DNA of 64,000 nucleotides from Eledone cirrhosa (GCA_964016885.1 OZ024749.1:34348001-34412000), one strand, 5' to 3'; positions 14,659 to 29,425 are shown, counted from the stretch's first letter. Notes: generated by a model from the sequence alone, not told the origin. Numbers and translations: made by a program.

Positions 14659-15246
14659 GGCGACGAATTGGCTGAGTCGTTCGAACATCAGATAGAATAC
14701 TTTATGGTAGTTGTTCCGACTCTCTGTTTTCTGAGTTCAAATCCCGCCGAGGTCAATTTTGCCTTTCATCCTTTCGAGGTCGATAAAAAAAAAGTACCAC
14801 TTTAGTACTGGGGTCGATTCTTCCTCTATATCTCTTTCTCATTTCTTCTCTCCCACTTACTATCTTTCTCTGGAAGAAGTCTGATGTAATCAGGCCTGGG
14901 GAGGAGATGGGTTCCACCAGGTTTAAAAATTGCCCTACAAATTCGTTTCGGTTCTCTGCTCTCTAGGTTCAAATCCCGCCGAGGCCAACTTTGCCTTTCT
15001 TCCTGGTACTGGGGTGAATCATTCCCCTATATCCCTTTCTCATTTCCTCTCTTTCCCTTTCTATCTCTCTCTGGAAGAAATCTGCTGTACTCATGTCTGG
15101 AGAGGGATGGCCTCCGCCAGGCTTAAAATGCCCAAGAAATGACGTATGACAATACGGCGCTCCTACGACTCTATCAGGAGTTACAGGATCATACATACAT
15201 ACATACATACATACATACATACATACATACATACATACATACATAC
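14659..15246 (+). mobile_element. Two SINE family A variant copies
   Basis: B box and core, (CATA)n tail. Confidence 0.75.
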
Positions 15247-15327
15247 AACCTTGCCACCAGGAAGGTGGCCGGTCAAAAAAAAATATACTCGAAATTAAGA
15301 GAAAGAGATAACATACATACATACATA

Positions 15328-15710
15328 CATGGTGGCTGCCAACTCGTTTTCGAGTACGGCCACTACTTTATATCCATGTAGGAGAACCCCTACCGATGCG
15401 CTGAACGAGTGTGACTTTTTAGTCCAGCCAGCGACTTGAAAACTCTGGTAGAAACACTACACTTGTGACAATTATTGACACATAGTGCTAGGCCCATGGT
15501 ACCATGTGACGACAAGTGCAGAGAGATCTCCAGATATAAAGCAATGCCTGTGCCGTGAAGCTTTTATAGTGAGCAAAGGCACTGCACAAAGCCAGTCCCA
15601 CTCTCTTAACCAAGATGATATTTACCAAAAAGAAGAACAAGTCAACATCATTGGATACCATCAGGGTTGCAGGTGTTATATCAGAGTTTTCCTTCTCCTA
15701 GAATTCTGCC
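15328..15710 (+). repeat. Dispersed repeat of about 380 bp, near-identical to 60949-61331
   Basis: catggtggctgccaactcg...ctagaattctgcc present at both sites. Confidence 0.9.
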
Positions 15711-16027
15711 TTGACAAAGGCTAAGGGGTCATCTCTCCCAGTGATTTTGGATGGCCATTGACTCTTAAGAGCTCCTTTGCCCTTTGACAGGTTTTGTTTT
15801 TAGTCCTGCAGGATGTCCAAAGTCACCCTCCTCACCAAGAAACCTTAGTGGGGTTGCCAGTTTAGTCGCCAACGACCCGACCATGGGACAGGTTGTACTG
15901 GGATACATGTTACCAGTAGCACCAAGTGGTGACCTGACATACATACATACATACATACATACATACATACATACATACATACATACATACATACATACAT
16001 ACGTACGTACGTACGTACGTACGTACG

Positions 16028-16503
16028 TATTCTCAGGTCTCGAATAATCGTCCCACACTCTCCGCTTATTAAATTTTCAGATTTTTTTTTTCTTTCATGT
16101 AACCACTCTCAGGTCTTGAATAATCGACCCACGCCAACTCCCCACTTATTAATTTTTCAGATTGTTTCCAACCTTCCTCCCCCGCTTTTATTCTATCCCA
16201 CTGCGCGCTTATTAAATTTTGCTAATCTATCTCAGGCAAAATTTTATTGTAAGTGATTCATATCGATACAGCAGCTGGAGAATCTAATAATAATTTTTAT
16301 TTTACATTAAAAATATCCCATTATATATGACAAAAAAAAGAACATTTCAAGAAATCCAATATTTACAAAAGTACATTATACAATTACCGATCCCCCCCAT
16401 CCCGTTGACCCCCCCCCCTCCGCCCCTGCTTATATGAATTTAAGCAAATGTCAATCCCCATCCCTGCTTATCCCCGCCCCCTATTATTTGGAACCCGAGA
16501 ATA
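16028..16503. mobile_element. MITE-like element; left end repeated at 14581 and 16105
   Basis: TATTCTCAGGTCTCGAATAAT vs ATTATTTGGAACCCGAGAATA. Confidence 0.5.
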
Positions 16504-18328
16504 CACAACGACAAGAATGCCCTTGTTTGCTGCTACTTGCAATTCTCATCAAGCAAGAAGGAACAAATGTTGTTTAGAGAAAACCATCGAATTCTAGCGA
16601 TATGTTTCTGGTTCACTCGTTAAGGGTCGGGTGTATTTTAACCTCCACTCCGAAATCCCGTTTAGTATCACTGTGAAGAAATAATTGATATCCGATCTCC
16701 TGGAAAGATTTTGGTTGATCAACTTCGAGTAAAAATCAGGCATTAATCAAAACTGACGGTGGCCAGATGTTTTTCCAATACTTTTGCTAGGTATATGTTC
16801 GTATTTAGCAGAATTATTATCTTGAAATTATCAATTACACCCCATTATTCTAATACCCAAGGACACATTGGGGACATTTATAACGACAACATCAATAACA
16901 ACAACGGCAAAAAGAACAGACAAAAAAAATTCATTGAAATGTCGTCTGGTTCTGTTATAGGATTGTAACAGCGTTGAGCCTCAGCTGGCTCTGAACGCAA
17001 CATAATCTCATCTTCTGATAAATAAATATATATATATATAAGAAATCAATATTCCACTATCATGGTATTTGTTCGTACTGTTCAATGGGGAACATGTAAA
17101 AATGATATTGTATGCAAGAAACAAAGAAACAGGAGACATGGATTAAAAAATTTAGAAATAGATATGAAGATGAATTATGATTTTATACTGTGCTTAGGGA
17201 ATACTAAAAAAATATAACAATACTATACGAATATCAATTGCAGGAATTTCAGAATCTTGGTAGTATGGGTAGTATATAGAAATAGTTGAGTTGTTTCATC
17301 AATCTGTTCCCTATTGTAGTTAATTAGATCAGTTGAACGTCTAAAGAATTGGATACTTTGAATCAGATCAGTTCCAAAGTATAAAGGTAAATTCCACATC
17401 ACAATATATCAGTAAACCCGAGAGATTGTGTGACGTTTACGTAAGCATACAATCTAAAATAATGTCTTTCTCGGGAACTATATTGATGTGCGGTTCCAAT
17501 TGCAGACCAACCAACCTGTAAAAATCCAAACGAGGAGTACCATGAAAAAAAGTGGCCCCAAAACGGGGAGTAATGAAGCAAAATGGGGAGATTTTACATA
17601 ATGAAAGCTATACCCATTTTCACAAGAGAAGACATCTCTCACCCACTCCAAAGTGGATCGGAGATCTACCCGTCGAACGAAGAGAGTTGACTGGTCTATA
17701 ATTGGAGATCGAAATATACGTAAAATCAACAATCCACATTGCTCAATTGGTCACTACAAAAGGGTTTTCTTTTCACACACACACACACACACACCGCCAC
17801 CACTACCATCACCACCACCACCAACAACAATAACAACGACAATGACTAAAAATTAAGCTTGTTTTGTTTCAAATATCGCCGAGGTCAACTTTGCTTTTCA
17901 TTTTAGAAGCCCATAAAAAGTGCTGGAGTAGATTCTCCCTTTATATCGCCTTCTAAATTCTATTCTCTCTCAGTACCTCTTCTTCTCTCACTCTCCTCCT
18001 CTTTCTCCTCTGGAAGAAATTGGCTGTGTTCAGATCTGGAGAGGGTTGACCTACGCCAGGTTTAAAGTACCCAATACACGCCGTATGTCTCTACCTCACT
18101 TCTACGACTCCATCAGGTGTTATGAACCTATACATCCATCCAACCATAGATCCATTCATACATACACTCCATACATACATACATACATAACATACACATA
18201 TATGCATGCATACATGCACACACACATGCATACATGCACACACACATGCATACATGCACACACACACACACGCGCGCGCGCGCACGCGCGCACACACACA
18301 CACACACATACATACATACATACATACA

Positions 18329-18359
<31 letters not shown>

Positions 18360-18592
18360 GTACATACATAAGATATTAGAATTCCGCACTGATTGACTGA
18401 GCGATGTTCAAAGTAAAGGATGATTTAAATTTTGAAAGGTCAAGATAATGGCATCTTATTTGTGACAGGAGGGTCTAAGCGTTCTGTCAGTTCAGTTCAA
18501 GATAAAGACATCTTATGTGTGGCAGGAGGGACTAAGCGTTCTATTAGTTTAGGTTACCATGATTACAAATAAGACCGACATATTTAAATATA

Positions 18593-19063
18593 CAATCTGT
18601 TCGCTTTTTACGCGAACTTGAATTACGCGAATTCACTTTAACGCCTCTTAAAAAGTATTATTAAGTATTCACTTTCGCGAATAACGCGTTATAACGCGTG
18701 TGGTTTTTAATTTTTTTATTTATTTATCAGAAATATTAGACTTGAATTGCGCGAATTTGCTTTAACGCCTTTTGAAAGGTGTGGATTGGCACAGTTACGT
18801 CCCTTTACAGACTGAGTTCAAATCCCGCCGAGGTTAACTTTGCCTTTCATCCTTACGGGGTCGATAAAATAAAGTACCAGTAAATCACTGGGATAATTGC
18901 TGGCCTTGTGCGAAAAGTAGAAACAATTATTAAATATTCACTTTGTGCGAATAACGCGCTGTAACGCGTCTGGTTTTTAAATTTTTATTTATCAGAAATA
19001 TTAGACTTGAACTACGCGAATTTACTTTACGAACGCATCTTCGCGTAAAAAGCGAACACACTG
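18593..19063. mobile_element. Tc1/mariner-pogo-type MITE with an internal SINE (18778-18931)
   Basis: TIRs TGTTCGCTTTTTACGCGAA and TTCGCGTAAAAAGCGAACA, TA flanks, internal repeat of about 100 bp. Confidence 0.8.
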
Positions 19064-20584
19064 TATATATTTCCATCTCTATAATACACTATTATCACAT
19101 TGACATTATAGTTATTGAAATTATTTGCTACAATCATATAATTTTCATTTCATCACCAGCCAGTCATAATGACAGTTTGGCTTAGTATATGCTTATGGAA
19201 TTGATTCAATTTTTATTTGAAAAATAATAGATTTATCCTGCAATCAGGAATTGACATAGAAATAAATTACATCTACCAACGTATTCATGCGTGACGGAGA
19301 GAATGGTTGTATGTATATTTATATTGTAGGTTATTTTCTTTACCTTAACGCAGTGGTTCTTAACCTTTTTTGCCAAGGGCGCACCTTGGAACACAAGATA
19401 AAATAGCGACACACCTGGCTAAATATATGAAAAATTTGAACTCTGAAAATTACGCTATTTTTCAACCATTTTCGGTCATATCTCAGCAAAAATTAGGACC
19501 AGATGAAAAAGAAATATATCATTTGTCTCAGTTTTAGAGGTAGATTCTACCATAAAAGTAAAAAAAAAAAGATGCATGATATAATAATTTTTTTTTTCTG
19601 TGGAGGAGGTTCCACCTTAACACAAGTATTGACCAAAATTCATTCATATGATCGATACTAATGACGAATGAAACAATAAAAGATATAGAATTTTTAGCAT
19701 TGCGACATTTGGAAACATTTCGCTCATCCCTAAATGAACAAAGCCATGTGGTGCAACATGTTACACCACAGACGGGGAATACTCAATTGGGATCACGTGG
19801 GTTTTCGCATTTTCTCTTATACTCTCAGTTTCTTTCATATACTCTCTCGCTCTCTCTCACACACACACACTCTCTCTATTACACACACTCCCTCTCTATC
19901 TCTCACACACACATCCCTTTTTTTCTCTCTCACACACACACTCTCTCTCCCTCACACATTCTCTCTTTCCTCCTTTCCTCTCTCTCCTACATACTTTCTC
20001 TCACACACTCATTCTCTCACTATTTTTCTCTCTCTTACATATGCACACAAACATTCTCTCTCACTCTCATTATCACCATTGTTTTATTTTTTGTTTGTTT
20101 GTTTATTACGAGCAAACCCCTATTAATTGAAAAGGACCATGTACTGTGCCATCAATCCCCTATTACCTGAAACACACCATGCACAGTGCCATCAAACCCC
20201 TATTACCTGAAAGATATCATGTATAGTGCTAACACCCTCCCATTACCTAAAACACACCATGTACAGTGTCAACTATCCCTATTATCTTACAGAGACCATA
20301 TACCGTGCAAAAAAAAAAAAAAAAAAAAACCCTATTTGGCTGAAAGACACCACATATAGTGCCAACAAACTCCTGTTGACAGTAAGACCCCATGCACAGT
20401 TCCAACAAATCCCCATTCCGCGAAAGACACCATATATACTGCCAACAAACCCCTATTGTCAAAGCGATGCCATATATAGATGCCAAAAACATCTATAGTC
20501 TGAAAGACACCATACACAATGCCAACAAACATGAAAGATACCAGATATCAACAAAAATACTCTATATCTTACCCAGGTGTTAAG

Positions 20585-20900
20585 GAAAACACTGATTGTT
20601 ATTTCAAACTTTTGCTTATTCTTGTTTGTATTTTAGTTTGTCATATGGTTTCATCGAATTCCATGGTAAGAAATCAACATCTAAATTAGCAGTTTTGTTT
20701 CTTTGATGATCTATATCAATGCTTCAGGGCAATCGCTTTCCTCACATCAATCTCACATCACCAGCTTCGAACACTTTAATTTTTCGACAACTAGCGACCA
20801 TATTGACCATCATTTGGACAAAAATAAACCAACTAAACATTCCTGCCAGATATATCTATGTTATATGGCACTACTTGTTTCCAAACATTCAAACCTTTAG
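20585..20900 (-). pseudogene. Decayed paralog of peptide exon 2
   Basis: Collinear patches by eye against 600-940 (gtgccat; gatgtgaggaaagc vs gatgtaaaggtagc; agatcatcaaagaaacaaaa vs agattatcaaaaacaaaa; aagtttgaa...aatca) and intron-side tattaggc.acgaaagaaag at about 21155 vs about 1274; stops and frameshifts present. Confidence 0.45.
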
Positions 20901-21699
20901 ACATACATAGTGTCACATAATTTATGGGTTGTTGTTTTTTTTAGATTAGTATGAAAGCTTTTTTTATATTTTAATTTTCTATATTTTAAAAAACAGAAGT
21001 TATACAATGATGGAAATATTAAATAAAAGGATAAAAACAAAATTAAGTAATGAAGGGAAAGGGGTAAAGAAGGGCAGATCTGGGGGTATAGGAAAGTAAA
21101 GGAAAGGACTATAAATGCCATAAATGCGAAGAAAAAGAAGCAAAGAGCAAAAGCTATTAGGCAACGAAAGAAAGAGAGGGGGGAAAGGGTGAGACTCTGT
21201 ACCTAGGTCGGGGATACTGATGTCATAAAGCCTTCTTGTTCATTTATTGGCTCTAATATAACGTCCACTGTTTTGTCTCTATTAAGAGATTTAATATATT
21301 ATATCTATATTATAACTTTTATTATCACATATCTGTATTATAACTTTTATTATCACATATCTGCATTATGTGTGTGACAGCTCACACCTATGCAGGTTTA
21401 GCTGGCCTCCTCCAAGGTATATCTCGTTGGAGGTGTCTTGGGTAATTTAATGATAGGGACCCCAGTCCTATCATCTCATTTCTACAGCTGAGTAAACTGG
21501 AGCAACGTGAAATAAAGTGTCTTGCTCAAGGAAACAACACATCACCCAGTCCCAGAATTGAACTCACAACCTTTCGATTGCAAGCCCAGTGCTCTAATCC
21601 CTAAGCCATGCGCCTTCACTATCTGTATTATAACTTCTATTATCACATATCTGTATTATAACTTTTATTATCACATATCTTGTATTATCAGTTTTATTA

Positions 21700-22342
21700 T
21701 CGGACGTCATGCTTTGACGCATAGAATTACGGCCCTTTCCATTCAAATCCCGCCGAGGTCAACTTTGCCTTTCATCCTTACGGAGTCGATAAAATAAAGT
21801 ACCAGTAATGTACTGGGTAATGTACTGGGTAATTGCTGGCCTTGTGCCAAAAGTAGAAACAATTATTACATATGTGTAGGGCGGTGGATTGGCAGTATCA
21901 ATAAAGGCTCGGACGCCATGCTTTGCAGCGTAGAGTTACGGCCCTTTACGATCTGAGTTCAAATCCCGCCGAGGTTAACTCTGGGGTCGATTTAATCGAC
22001 TTTCCCCTCCTCCCATAATTGCTGGCCTTGTGCCTATTTAAGAAACCATTATTACATATCTGTATTAAGACTTTTAACATTCCATGTCTGTATTTAGACT
22101 TTCATTGTTTTATATTCTCTATTATGACATTTTTGGCAGGACAATCGTTAGAGCATCGGATAAATACTTAGCAGTATTTGTTCCGGCTCTTTTCGTTCTG
22201 AGTTCAAATCCCATCGAGGTTAGCTTTGCCTTTCATCCTTATCGGGTTGATAAAATAAAGTACCAGTAATGCACTGGGGGTCGATTTGATCGACTTTCCT
22301 CTCCTCGAAATTGTTGGCCTTGTGCGTAAATCACAAACCGTT
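21700..22342 (+). mobile_element. Cluster of three SINE family A copies
   Basis: Core motif repeated three times. Confidence 0.8.
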
Positions 22343-22424
22343 ATTTCATACCTGTATTATGTCTTTTAAGATTACATGTCGGTATTACGATTTATAATAT
22401 TATATGTCCATATTTTTTTTTTAA

Positions 22425-22640
22425 TCGATCGACTTTCGTCAAATCGGACCGAGGAAACAATGTTTCCGTTGGTCTTTCCAGTTGCTAGTACTATCTATCG
22501 GTCGCAACTCCAGGTAGAAGGAGCAACGTGAAATAAAGTGTCTTGCTCAAGGACATAACGCATCGCCCGGTCCAGGAATCGAACTCACAACCTCAAGATT
22601 GTGAATCCAATTCTCTAACCACTCAGCCACACGCCTTCAT
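22425..22640 (-). mobile_element. SINE family B
   Basis: High identity to 8131-8341. Confidence 0.82.
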
Positions 22641-22860
22641 GTCCATATTATGACTTTTAATATGACATGTCTATATTATGACTCTCACTATTTCATATCT
22701 CTTTTTTTTTTTTCAATATTTCATATCGATATTATGACTTCCACTATTTTCTGTTTGAATGTCAGTTATTTTACGAAAGAATTTTGTTTTCTCTTCTAGT
22801 AATTTCCTTTCAAATATCCAAAAGATTGTTTTCTGTAGGGACTGACTTGCATTGACGTAT

Positions 22861-22930
<70 letters not shown>

Positions 22931-23503
22931 ATATATATGCATACATGTCTATATGCACACATGCATATACGCATGCACACGTACATACATACCTGACTGC
23001 ATGCATTCATACACACATGCAGCATATTTATGATTATATAATTTATATATATATATATATTTATATTTTATGTGTGTGTGTGTATATATATGCATACATG
23101 TCTATATGCACACATGCATATACGCATGCACACGTACATACATACCTGACTGCATGCATTCATACACACATACAGCATATTTATGATTATATAATTTATA
23201 TATATATATATATATATTTATATTTTATGTGTTTGTGTGCGTGCGTGCGGGTATGTGTATGTTTGTATGCCCATGTATGTGTGTGTATGTGTCTGCATGC
23301 GTATATGTGCGTGTGTGTGTGTGTGTGATAGGTTATACTATTTCAATACGCAATGTTATTCTGTACATTGATAAACAGCTAAATTAACAAACAGGGTGAT
23401 TCATAGATGTAGTCACATATAATAGAGTTGCAATATTTTACATTTCAGCTGAATTTATTTCACTCAACTAGCTACAAAACATAAGCCTATAGTATTCACA
23501 CAC

Positions 23504-23541
<38 letters not shown>

Positions 23542-23546
23542 CTGTG

Positions 23547-23589
<43 letters not shown>

Positions 23590-23816
23590 GTGTGTGTGTA
23601 TATATATATATGTGTGTGAGTGTATATATATATATGTGTGTGTGTGTGTATATATATATGTGTGTGTGTGTATATATATATATGTGTGTGTGTGTATATA
23701 TATGTATATACATACATTTATATGTATATCCCCACCAACACCCCACTCTCCAGAGCGTGAAATTAATAAACATTCGTTGTACTGCCTCTCTGTTTTGTCC
23801 CTGTTCAAATTTTTCC

Positions 23817-23862
<46 letters not shown>

Positions 23863-23990
23863 GGCTTATGTTTTGTAGCTAGTGTGATATATATATATAT
23901 AAATGTATATATATATGAATGTGTATATATATATATATATAGTTAATAAATGAAACAAACAAAACACAATAGACAATTTTACACACACAT

Positions 23991-24059
<69 letters not shown>

Positions 24060-25242
24060 TATATATATGGTGTTCGTTTACTATTTTCGTCATATATTTG
24101 CAATAAACAAATACAAGATATGTCGTTATGGCAAGGAATTGTGTAGTATATCCTACACATTTGTCTTTTTTCTTCCAATTCACTGATTTTTGACGATATC
24201 TACTGAATTGTTTTATTATCTATTTTATTCTTACCCTCCATTGCTATTTTCCACTTAATCACGTATGCACGTTTTTTTTTCTTTTTCTTTTCGCTTCAAT
24301 ATTTTTCGTTTTCCATTCTTCGTCTGAATGACTGCCATTTTGTTTAAATAATTTTACGTATAAAAAAAATATAATATATGTATATATAAGTTATGTATTT
24401 TATAAAAGTAGAAAAGAACGAAACTAAAACTACACAATGACGGCTACTATTTAGTCGAATCTCTGAGACAAACAACAAGATGGAGAATTTACTATACTCT
24501 TATTTTCAACGCAATATAACCGACTTCGTTTTCACTTTTCCTCTTTATTGTATGCTTTATCTTCGAATTTCATAGTCAAATTTCCTTTTCAACTAACATC
24601 TTCATTTCTATTATCCATTTTCATAGCCTTTTATATACTTTCAGTTATATTTTTTCATAACTGTACGACAGAGTTTTGTTTTTTTATGTCTTACCTCTAT
24701 TTTTTTCTCTCAAAAACAATTGATAACCTGCTGTCGACATTTCTCATAACTAGAAGGTCAATTGAAAATTGTTTTGTCAGTTATAAATATTATAATTCTA
24801 GACTAATTGAAAAATATTGTTTGTTTCAAAGTAATTTTTTTTATTATCATATCATAAGAAGTTTACCAATTTCTTCTTTAGAGACAAATAGAGGGTGATA
24901 GAGAAGAACTGAGAAATATATAAAAAATAATCGATCCCAGTGCTTGACTGGTACTTTATTCTATCGACGTCCTCCGCCCCATCCTGGAGTTGATCTCGGT
25001 GAACTTTTAATTTGAACTACTTTCTAGTAGAAAGATGATCTGCGCTCACAGCGAAGAAGTTTACAGGGTTATAATATGGACATAACAGTTCTGTCTGAAA
25101 TATGTTGGTATCTATGGCATACTATGAAATATTCTCTCATACCAGGCTATAGTCAGCTATTATGCTATAAAGCATAATGTGGGCTTACCGCGCATCTGGG
25201 CATCAACTCCTGAATTTCTACGTTCTCGCGCAACTGGGCTTT

Positions 25243-25335
<93 letters not shown>

Positions 25336-25717
25336 TTATACTCATATATACACACATGGACACAATCCACACACAATGAATATAGATGTACACACTATTG
25401 GATGGCCATTGACTCTCATTGATGCATCCGTCTTGCTTTTCGTCTCGCAGGATGGCCAAAGTCCCCATCCTCACGAAGTAAACTTGCTGGGATTGCCGGT
25501 TTAGTCGTTGACGACCCGACCATTCGACAGGTTGTATTGGGTTATATGTTACCAATAGTGCTCGAGAGCAACCTGACATACACCTACATACATACATACA
25601 CACACACACATACATACACACATACATACATACATACATACATACATAAATACATAAATAGGTACATACGTATCTAATTATCTGTTTATCTGGTGTAAGA
25701 GAGACTCTAATGTAGCT

Positions 25718-27340
25718 TTGACAGTGGAAACAACTCGTCTATTCTGTCTGGAAGTATTCCACTGTGGAGTTAAAGACACGATTTTGTATATGAGACTTCT
25801 GTTAGCGAATGACCGATATGCGATCCTTGTTATCATTTACGCTCCCACTATGTCTGCACCCGAAGAAGAGAACCTTTCCTTCTACATGTTTCTGAAAGAA
25901 GTTATTCTAAAGGTTTCTCGTGCTGATAAACTCATCATCATTGATGACTTCAATGTACGAGTAATTATGGATCCCGATGCTTGGGCGGCTCTTTCTAAGC
26001 ATGATGTGGGCAGATGTAACAGTAATGGAATGCGTCTGCTTCAAATGAGCACCGAAATTGATTTATGTATGTTCCAAATGAAAAGGAGGTAGGTGTAAAA
26101 ACCAAACTCGCTATCTTCAATTCGGTATTCGTACCAACCCTTACCTATGGTTATGAATCTTGGATAATGACCGAAAAATATACAATCGCGAATACAAGCG
26201 GCTGAAATGGGGTTCCTCCGAAGGGTCTTTGGAGAAACGTTACCCGATAGAGTGTTTAGCACGAAGATTAACGAGCCACTCCATATAGAGCCACTACTTC
26301 TCTGAATTGAGAGATCACAGCTCCGATATTACAGGCATGCGGTTAGAATGTATCAGGAAAGAATCGCTGGACAGAGTTTCCGGACAAAACCAACTGGTAG
26401 GAGACCCAGGTGTAGATTCCGATTAAGATGGTTGGATTACATCCATGTGCTTGGCTGGTCTCGCTTGGGGATCCAGCCGGATCAGTTGGAGACGGTTGCT
26501 TCTGACAGGATCCACTGGAGGGAGTGTTTGAGGATTCTTCCCCTACGATCCTCTCAGGAATATGTGGAAGAAGAAGAAGATATTCCAAATGAAACATAAC
26601 CATGAGTCGACATGGATACATCTTGGCTGCAAACTATGACATCTAATAGACCATCTCATAACTCGCAGTGTGACTCTCATGATGTGTGCATCGTCTGTGC
26701 GATGCATGGTGCTGAATGGTGGACTGACCATAGGCTGGTCAGAGGAAAGTTTAGGTTTGTAATAAAACCAAGGATTAGGTGCAAGGGTGTTACATTTCTG
26801 AAGAAATTGGATGTTATCCACCTCAAAGACCCTCAGTTCAAAGCCTAACTTGACCAGCATGTGGATGAGATGGAGTGTGAAAGCAACTGGAAATGCTCTA
26901 AGGAATCAGTGTATAAATATCTGTGCTGATGTGGTTGGTTTTGTAAAGGCCAAACACCAGGATTGGTTGGACGAGAATGACAAGGAAATAAATGAGTCGC
27001 CATCGGTAAAGAAGAGAACACTTTCGACCTCACTCAAAGGTGACCAATCTGCCGCTGAACAAATAAAACACACAAATAGATATAAAGAAGTGAAATCTCG
27101 TGTCCAACAACGGTTGAGAAACATACAAGAGACATGGTGGAGTACTAAGGCTGATGAAGTTCAATCTACCTCGAATACCAACAACATCAAGCTGTTGTAT
27201 AATCTCCTTTATGAGGTCTACTGGCCTTCATCTCCTGTTGTACCACTACGCACTAAAGATGGAAAATCCATTCTCAGGCAATCCAAGGAAATACTGGGCA
27301 GGTGGAAACCGCATTTTGGAGCATTTTTTAACACCTAACG
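25718..27340 (+). mobile_element. Decayed RTE-clade LINE ORF (AP endonuclease and linker)
   Basis: YAPT, IIIDDFNVRV, NSNGMRLL, TDHRLV, HQDWLDEND, GRWKPHF across frameshifts and stops. Confidence 0.85.
26084..26582 (+). mobile_element. Nested 3' fragment of a second RTE LINE with a (GAA)n tail
   Basis: Target-site duplication TTCCAAATGAAA (26072-26083 and 26583-26594); encodes ...KPTGRRPRCRFRLRWLDYI. Confidence 0.85.
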
Positions 27341-29237
27341 GAGACCATCCATTCTCCAGGCTTGAACACAGCGGATTTTCCCCAGAGAATGAGAAAGAGG
27401 AAACAAGAAAGAGTTATAGATAATTTAAAAAAATCTACCCCAGTCTTGGACTGGTACTTTATTTTTCGACCTCGAAAAGATGAAGCTCAAAGTTGAGCTC
27501 GGCGGGATTTGAACTCAGAGTACAAAGAGCCAAAACGAATATTGCAAATCATTGTATGCGACATTTTAACAATTACGCAAAAATGTACACTTGATAAACT
27601 AATAGTTACCAAATAAACGAAACCAAAATAAACAGCAACAAAAAACATGTAAATTAGTAAAAAAAAAATTTTTTTTAAATAATATATTATAAAAACAAAG
27701 AAACTATAAAGTGGTGCACCAGATTGGCTACATTCGTAATGGCTAAAATAAACTAAAGAACACTAAACCACGCCTACAAAAATAACACAACGCCCCTCTT
27801 AAACGTCAGCCAGTCTCAATACAACAGTCATTCCTCAACCTAAACAACTCTTTTATAAACTTCTACTGAATCTATATAAGTAATACAGATCTGATCTGTC
27901 TGTTATGCCTATTTTCATACATTCTCTCATCACAAACATTGCCCGTAGATGAAATATTAAAAATACTAATTGCACTCCAGGCGTCGAAAACTGTTGCTAT
28001 GTCAAAATAATCTACTTTTCTTAAGATATAAAACCCAAAATAAATCAAGCAAATCTTGATGTGTCTTTAAATGTGTTCATGTAAAAGCATGAAATGTTGA
28101 AAAAAAGCCAGCAATTTAAGCCATGCTGTACTTTAAACATAGATAAGACCCAAGTAAAAGTACTTAGGATATTTAAAAAAAATTTTAATCTGTTATAATG
28201 GTGATGAATACCTGTAAAAAAATTCAGAAGCTCATAGTAAAATGGACGATAGAATATTTCATGCTGTAAATGAAGAAAGCTAATAAAAATACATCTTTAA
28301 TGATCAGAACAATTATTATTTAAATGACTAGATCTAGTAAAAAAGAAGCCGAATTGACTGCTCTAAAATTTCTATTAATTAATTAAATATGGAAGCATAG
28401 ATATCCTGGAGAACACACGGAGCAAAGAAAACGCTCTAAGATTCACACCTTCGCCTTTCTGACACCACAAGGCGCACGAGGTTTGTTTTAGACGGATGTG
28501 TGAAACGTCACATTGGACCTGCTGGCAGAGTTCTTTTCTGGAAACCTGATGCCTGCAGACGAGTTGTGAGTCCAATCAGAACGCTGATGGATACTCTTGA
28601 AGATGACAGGGGTTGGAGACAGGGGAAATTCAAACGGCAATGAGCTGGAGAAGGGACTTCGTCATGACACCGGTAACAGATGTATAGAAGACGAAGAAAT
28701 ATGGAATGCAGTGGAGTGTGGAACTGATCTTTAGCGGTACAGTAACAACTCAGGCCCTGTGTCAATATTGTTATGTCTCATTATCAAAGCATAGTTTAAC
28801 CTTTATTCTTGATCTTAGATTACTCGAGAACTCCATAGGAGTTTTTGGAATGAATACTAAGTACCATCGGAACAGGCCTCCGTCAGTTTCAACGATGAGC
28901 GTTCCAGTTGTTCGATCAATGGAACAGCTTGCTCATGAAATGAGCACTCCTCTGACGCATGTACCCTTAACGTAATTCTCAGGGAGATTCAGTGTGACAT
29001 GTTGATGTCAAGGTTGGCCCTTTGAATTACAGGTACAGTCCATTCGAGGGGATTCCAACATAGTTAAAAGTATACCAACACTTATGATGTATATTATCTG
29101 TTGTTAGTATACCAACATTTATGACGGTGTATATTGTCTGTTGTTAGTATACCAACACTTATGATGTTGTATGTTGTCTGTTGTTGGTATACCAACACTT
29201 ATGATGTTGAATATTATCTAATATTATTGGTATACCA

Positions 29238-29425
29238 AGAGCGGTGGATTGACAATATCGGTAGAGGGTCGGACGCCATGCTTTGATGCATAGAGTTACG
29301 GCCCTTGCCATTCTGAGTTCAAATCCCGCCGAGGTTAACTTTGCCTTTCATCCTTACGGGGTCGATAAAATAAAGTACCAGTAATACACTGGGTAATTGC
29401 TGGCCTTGTGCCAAAAGTAGAAACA
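29238..29425 (+). mobile_element. SINE family A inside a 39-bp minisatellite
   Basis: Flanking duplication ATTATTGGTATACCAA. Confidence 0.85.

Noticed and set aside
24695-24749. 55-nt AG...GTAAG exon-like segment on the minus strand (YEKCRQQVINCF)
   Set aside because: Stops in all three frames; too short to support as a peptide paralog.
28375-28765. GC-richer unique stretch with short Cys-containing minus-strand ORFs
   Set aside because: No consistent frame, splice sites or recognisable motif; left unassigned.
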